This document shows positions 62,901-64,000 of a stretch of DNA of 64,000 bases, one piece after another. Every line of letters begins with the position of its first letter. The stretch's first letter is position 1. The translations under genes and the position numbers were made by a program. Under the pieces are notes generated by a model. The model saw nothing but the letters and a program-made list of their open reading frames with translations, searched no databases and had not been told where the DNA came from. The DNA lies in assembly GCA_963736115.1 (NCBI GenBank), contig CAVTNR010000012.1:1-64000 (forward strand). The letters are read 5' to 3'. Source of the DNA: an uncultured bacterium (GTDB lineage Bacteria > Zhuqueibacterota > QNDG01 > DTFT01).

Positions 62901-62984
62901 CACAAAATTGACGCGCGAACAAAGACCGGCGCGATTCCGTCCGGATCCATCCGCTGATCCGGGAAGACCAGTTTTGTTTTTCAT
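59925..62984 (-). CDS. TonB-dependent receptor
   Basis: Carboxypeptidase-regulatory-like N-domain; plug RLPGVS...IRGL; ARPDY; GNPNLKP; C-terminal VNNLNN...GIRIR. Confidence 0.93.
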   Translation of the reverse strand: MKNKTGLPGSADGSGRNRAGLCSRVNFVLAGIVLLTAFHSVLSAGTIRGKVTARESKDALPGANVFVRGTSLGAATDLNGAFTISNVPEGERTLVVSFIGYTSMTVVLNVPEDGTVQKDFALQSVAIQGKPVEVSAQALGQMQGINLQLSSDKIASMVGEARIQELPDFNAAQAISRLPGVSTLESSGEANKIVIRGLAPQFNLVTVEGVKLTSTGSTQMGVSALGNTAGNLSNDRSVDLTMVSPYMIKSISVFKSLTPDMDANSIGGSVNMELREAPSELHYDLLWQSGYTDKTENYGNFRTVGSVSKRFFEDKLGVYFLGNIEKYDRDDDNMSANYKTDSKNVDPATGYRPVSVTQVPLNRHLETRNRMGGNLIFDYKLPSGTIKSVNMATRLKSDFQDNRTVLNYFDKQLNFTYREGVNTTDLTMNSIEWKNDFKRFSFDLKASHASSKNSLPESPFVEFKTGQVTTGPVTSNTIPDSLKKLWAYPGADLVYLDNINLFSSLYKENNTAFYSNLKFPFNLSSALSGFLKVGGVYRFQKNSNDQQTPYASIRSSGEFQTAMVNDLSQRFGVAVDPATAKFAGSNFIGGSELTRPFLDDQFGSIFWASDPRIPTDMARYLSGSPQWAGKATGGADQTGGWYNGMFQQLANTYRYDEDYYATYLMSELNFKKVMLVGGARYERTESKYKAFNMYDMRNPDSQNCDTVVAHPNSEFWLPMVQAKFAPFDWFDVRYAYTQTLARPDYHQMSPKITYDNPRKNIRAGNPNLKPAHAYNHDLILTTHSNKLGLFTVGGFYKTIEDFTYYTTYILHKTAVSKDIKTINDFNIMGSKPEDGATLYTYINSPYAARVKGFEVDFQTRLWYLPYGLDGLLFGINYTKIESEATYPLRDERTDYSTRPPVTTTTDSTREGRLLYQPNDLLNAYAGYEIKGFSARVSFLFQGNSVSYVGAFAEQDGYTRDYFRIDASVRQTLPFLGMEVYLDVNNLNNRKNESAQRSIDGFTNVKHYGLTGNLGIRIRQ

Positions 62985-63216
62985 AAAGACACTTCCTTGG
63001 TTAGGTTGTGTTTGTGTTTTCGGCTATCAGGTTATCATACAACAGGTGTGATCAATCTTCGAATGGCGCCGGGTGAAGTCCCGGTATCTTTGATGGTTCG
63101 TAAAACCGGACAAGCGAACCGGTTTAGCATCAATAGTAAAGGCAATGCGCCTCGTCTTTTGATGGGACGATTACAGAAAATGGTGTCGGTATTAAATTTC
63201 GGGGTATTAGAGCCTT

Positions 63217-63245
63217 GATGTTATTTTAACATGTTAAATCACATC
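63217..63245. promoter_or_regulatory. Putative operator upstream of the TonB-receptor operon
   Basis: 14-bp perfect palindrome TTTAACATGTTAAA (63225-63238) with flanking GATGT/ACATC in an AT-rich promoter region. Confidence 0.45.
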
Positions 63246-63526
63246 ACAGCAGATCACTCTTGAGATACTTTAAAAAGTAGTTTTAAATTTCGAAAAAAGC
63301 AAGTAAAAAAAAACTTTTACTAAACCTTATCCATTTTTATACTTTAGATTCATCCTGCGCCAGTCAGTTCATCATTGTTCGCGCGTTTCGGAGTAGGGCT
63401 TCAGAGGTTACTGTGATGTGATGTTCGTTTTTGCGCATCGAATCTTTTCGTGAATATTCAATCATTAAAGGAATCATATTTTTATACCCGCAGGCCATTT
63501 CGGCTCCGCTTCCGCGGCCATCCGGA

Positions 63527-64000
63527 TCATGACCGTATCTTCTTCAGCGCCGGATGCATCCGGACATAGGCGCGGAAAAGCCTGTCGTAAATCCTCCGGT
63601 TCTTCGGGTCCGGCTCAATGCGTTGACCGGGGCCTGTCATAGCCTTCGCCGCCTGCCTGAAGGTGCGGTGCCATCCGGCGGCCACGGAAGCGGAAATGGC
63701 GGCGCCCAGGGCCGATGCTTCTCCGATCCGGGGAATGCGTATGCGCTTTCCCGTGACATCCGCGAGAATGCGGCGCCACAGGATGCTGGCCGCGCCCCCT
63801 CCGATGACAATGCATTCCCGTACCTTGGAGCCTGCCGCCTTCTCGACCGCTTCGATCGCGAACCTCTGCTCAAAGGCAATGCCCTCGAGCATGGAACGGT
63901 ACAGATGTCCGCGGTAGTGAGACGCGGACAGCCCGACGAACGCCCCGGCCGCGTCCATGTCCCAGTACGGATTCATGGCGCCGCACAAATAGGGCAGGTA
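63527..64000 (-). CDS. FGGY-family sugar kinase (xylulokinase-like), 5' part outside window
   Basis: YLCGAMNPYWD...GAFVGLS...YRSMLEGIAF...IGGGAAS..W..ILADVTG...EASALGAA. Confidence 0.9.
   Translation of the reverse strand, partial: YLPYLCGAMNPYWDMDAAGAFVGLSASHYRGHLYRSMLEGIAFEQRFAIEAVEKAAGSKVRECIVIGGGAASILWRRILADVTGKRIRIPRIGEASALGAAISASVAAGWHRTFRQAAKAMTGPGQRIEPDPKNRRIYDRLFRAYVRMHPALKKIRS

Overview
The window looks like two unrelated genomic pieces joined near 22,635. Part A (1-~22.6 kb) is a high-GC alphaproteobacterium-like segment with many single-base frameshifts, probably uncorrected sequencing errors. It contains housekeeping and metabolic genes, a sugar ABC transporter, leuA with a Leu-rich leader peptide, and tRNA-Lys(CTT) followed by an island-like stretch (orphan phage-type genes, two-component system, GMC oxidoreductase). 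Its most striking feature is a ~640-nt structured non-coding region with two tandem tRNA-like elements that have aberrant anticodon arms, plus a ~230-nt multibranch fold, directly upstream of an SPFH/slipin gene and without the RNA-repair genes that often accompany such genes. Part B (~22.6-64 kb) is almost error-free and resembles an FCB-group bacterium (KSB1/Calditrichota/Ignavibacteria-like, inferred from T9SS-type C-terminal domains). It carries CopA plus a Cys-rich exported double-YHS protein, GH43, an orphan 7TM chemoreceptor, dusB, rpmB, peptidases, several palindromic MITE/REP-like elements (one nested), a fused or truncated gene, and a SusD-less TonB-receptor carbohydrate-uptake-like locus encoding a protein with four 248-aa tandem repeats. 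Family assignments come from motif recognition only; no database searches were run.
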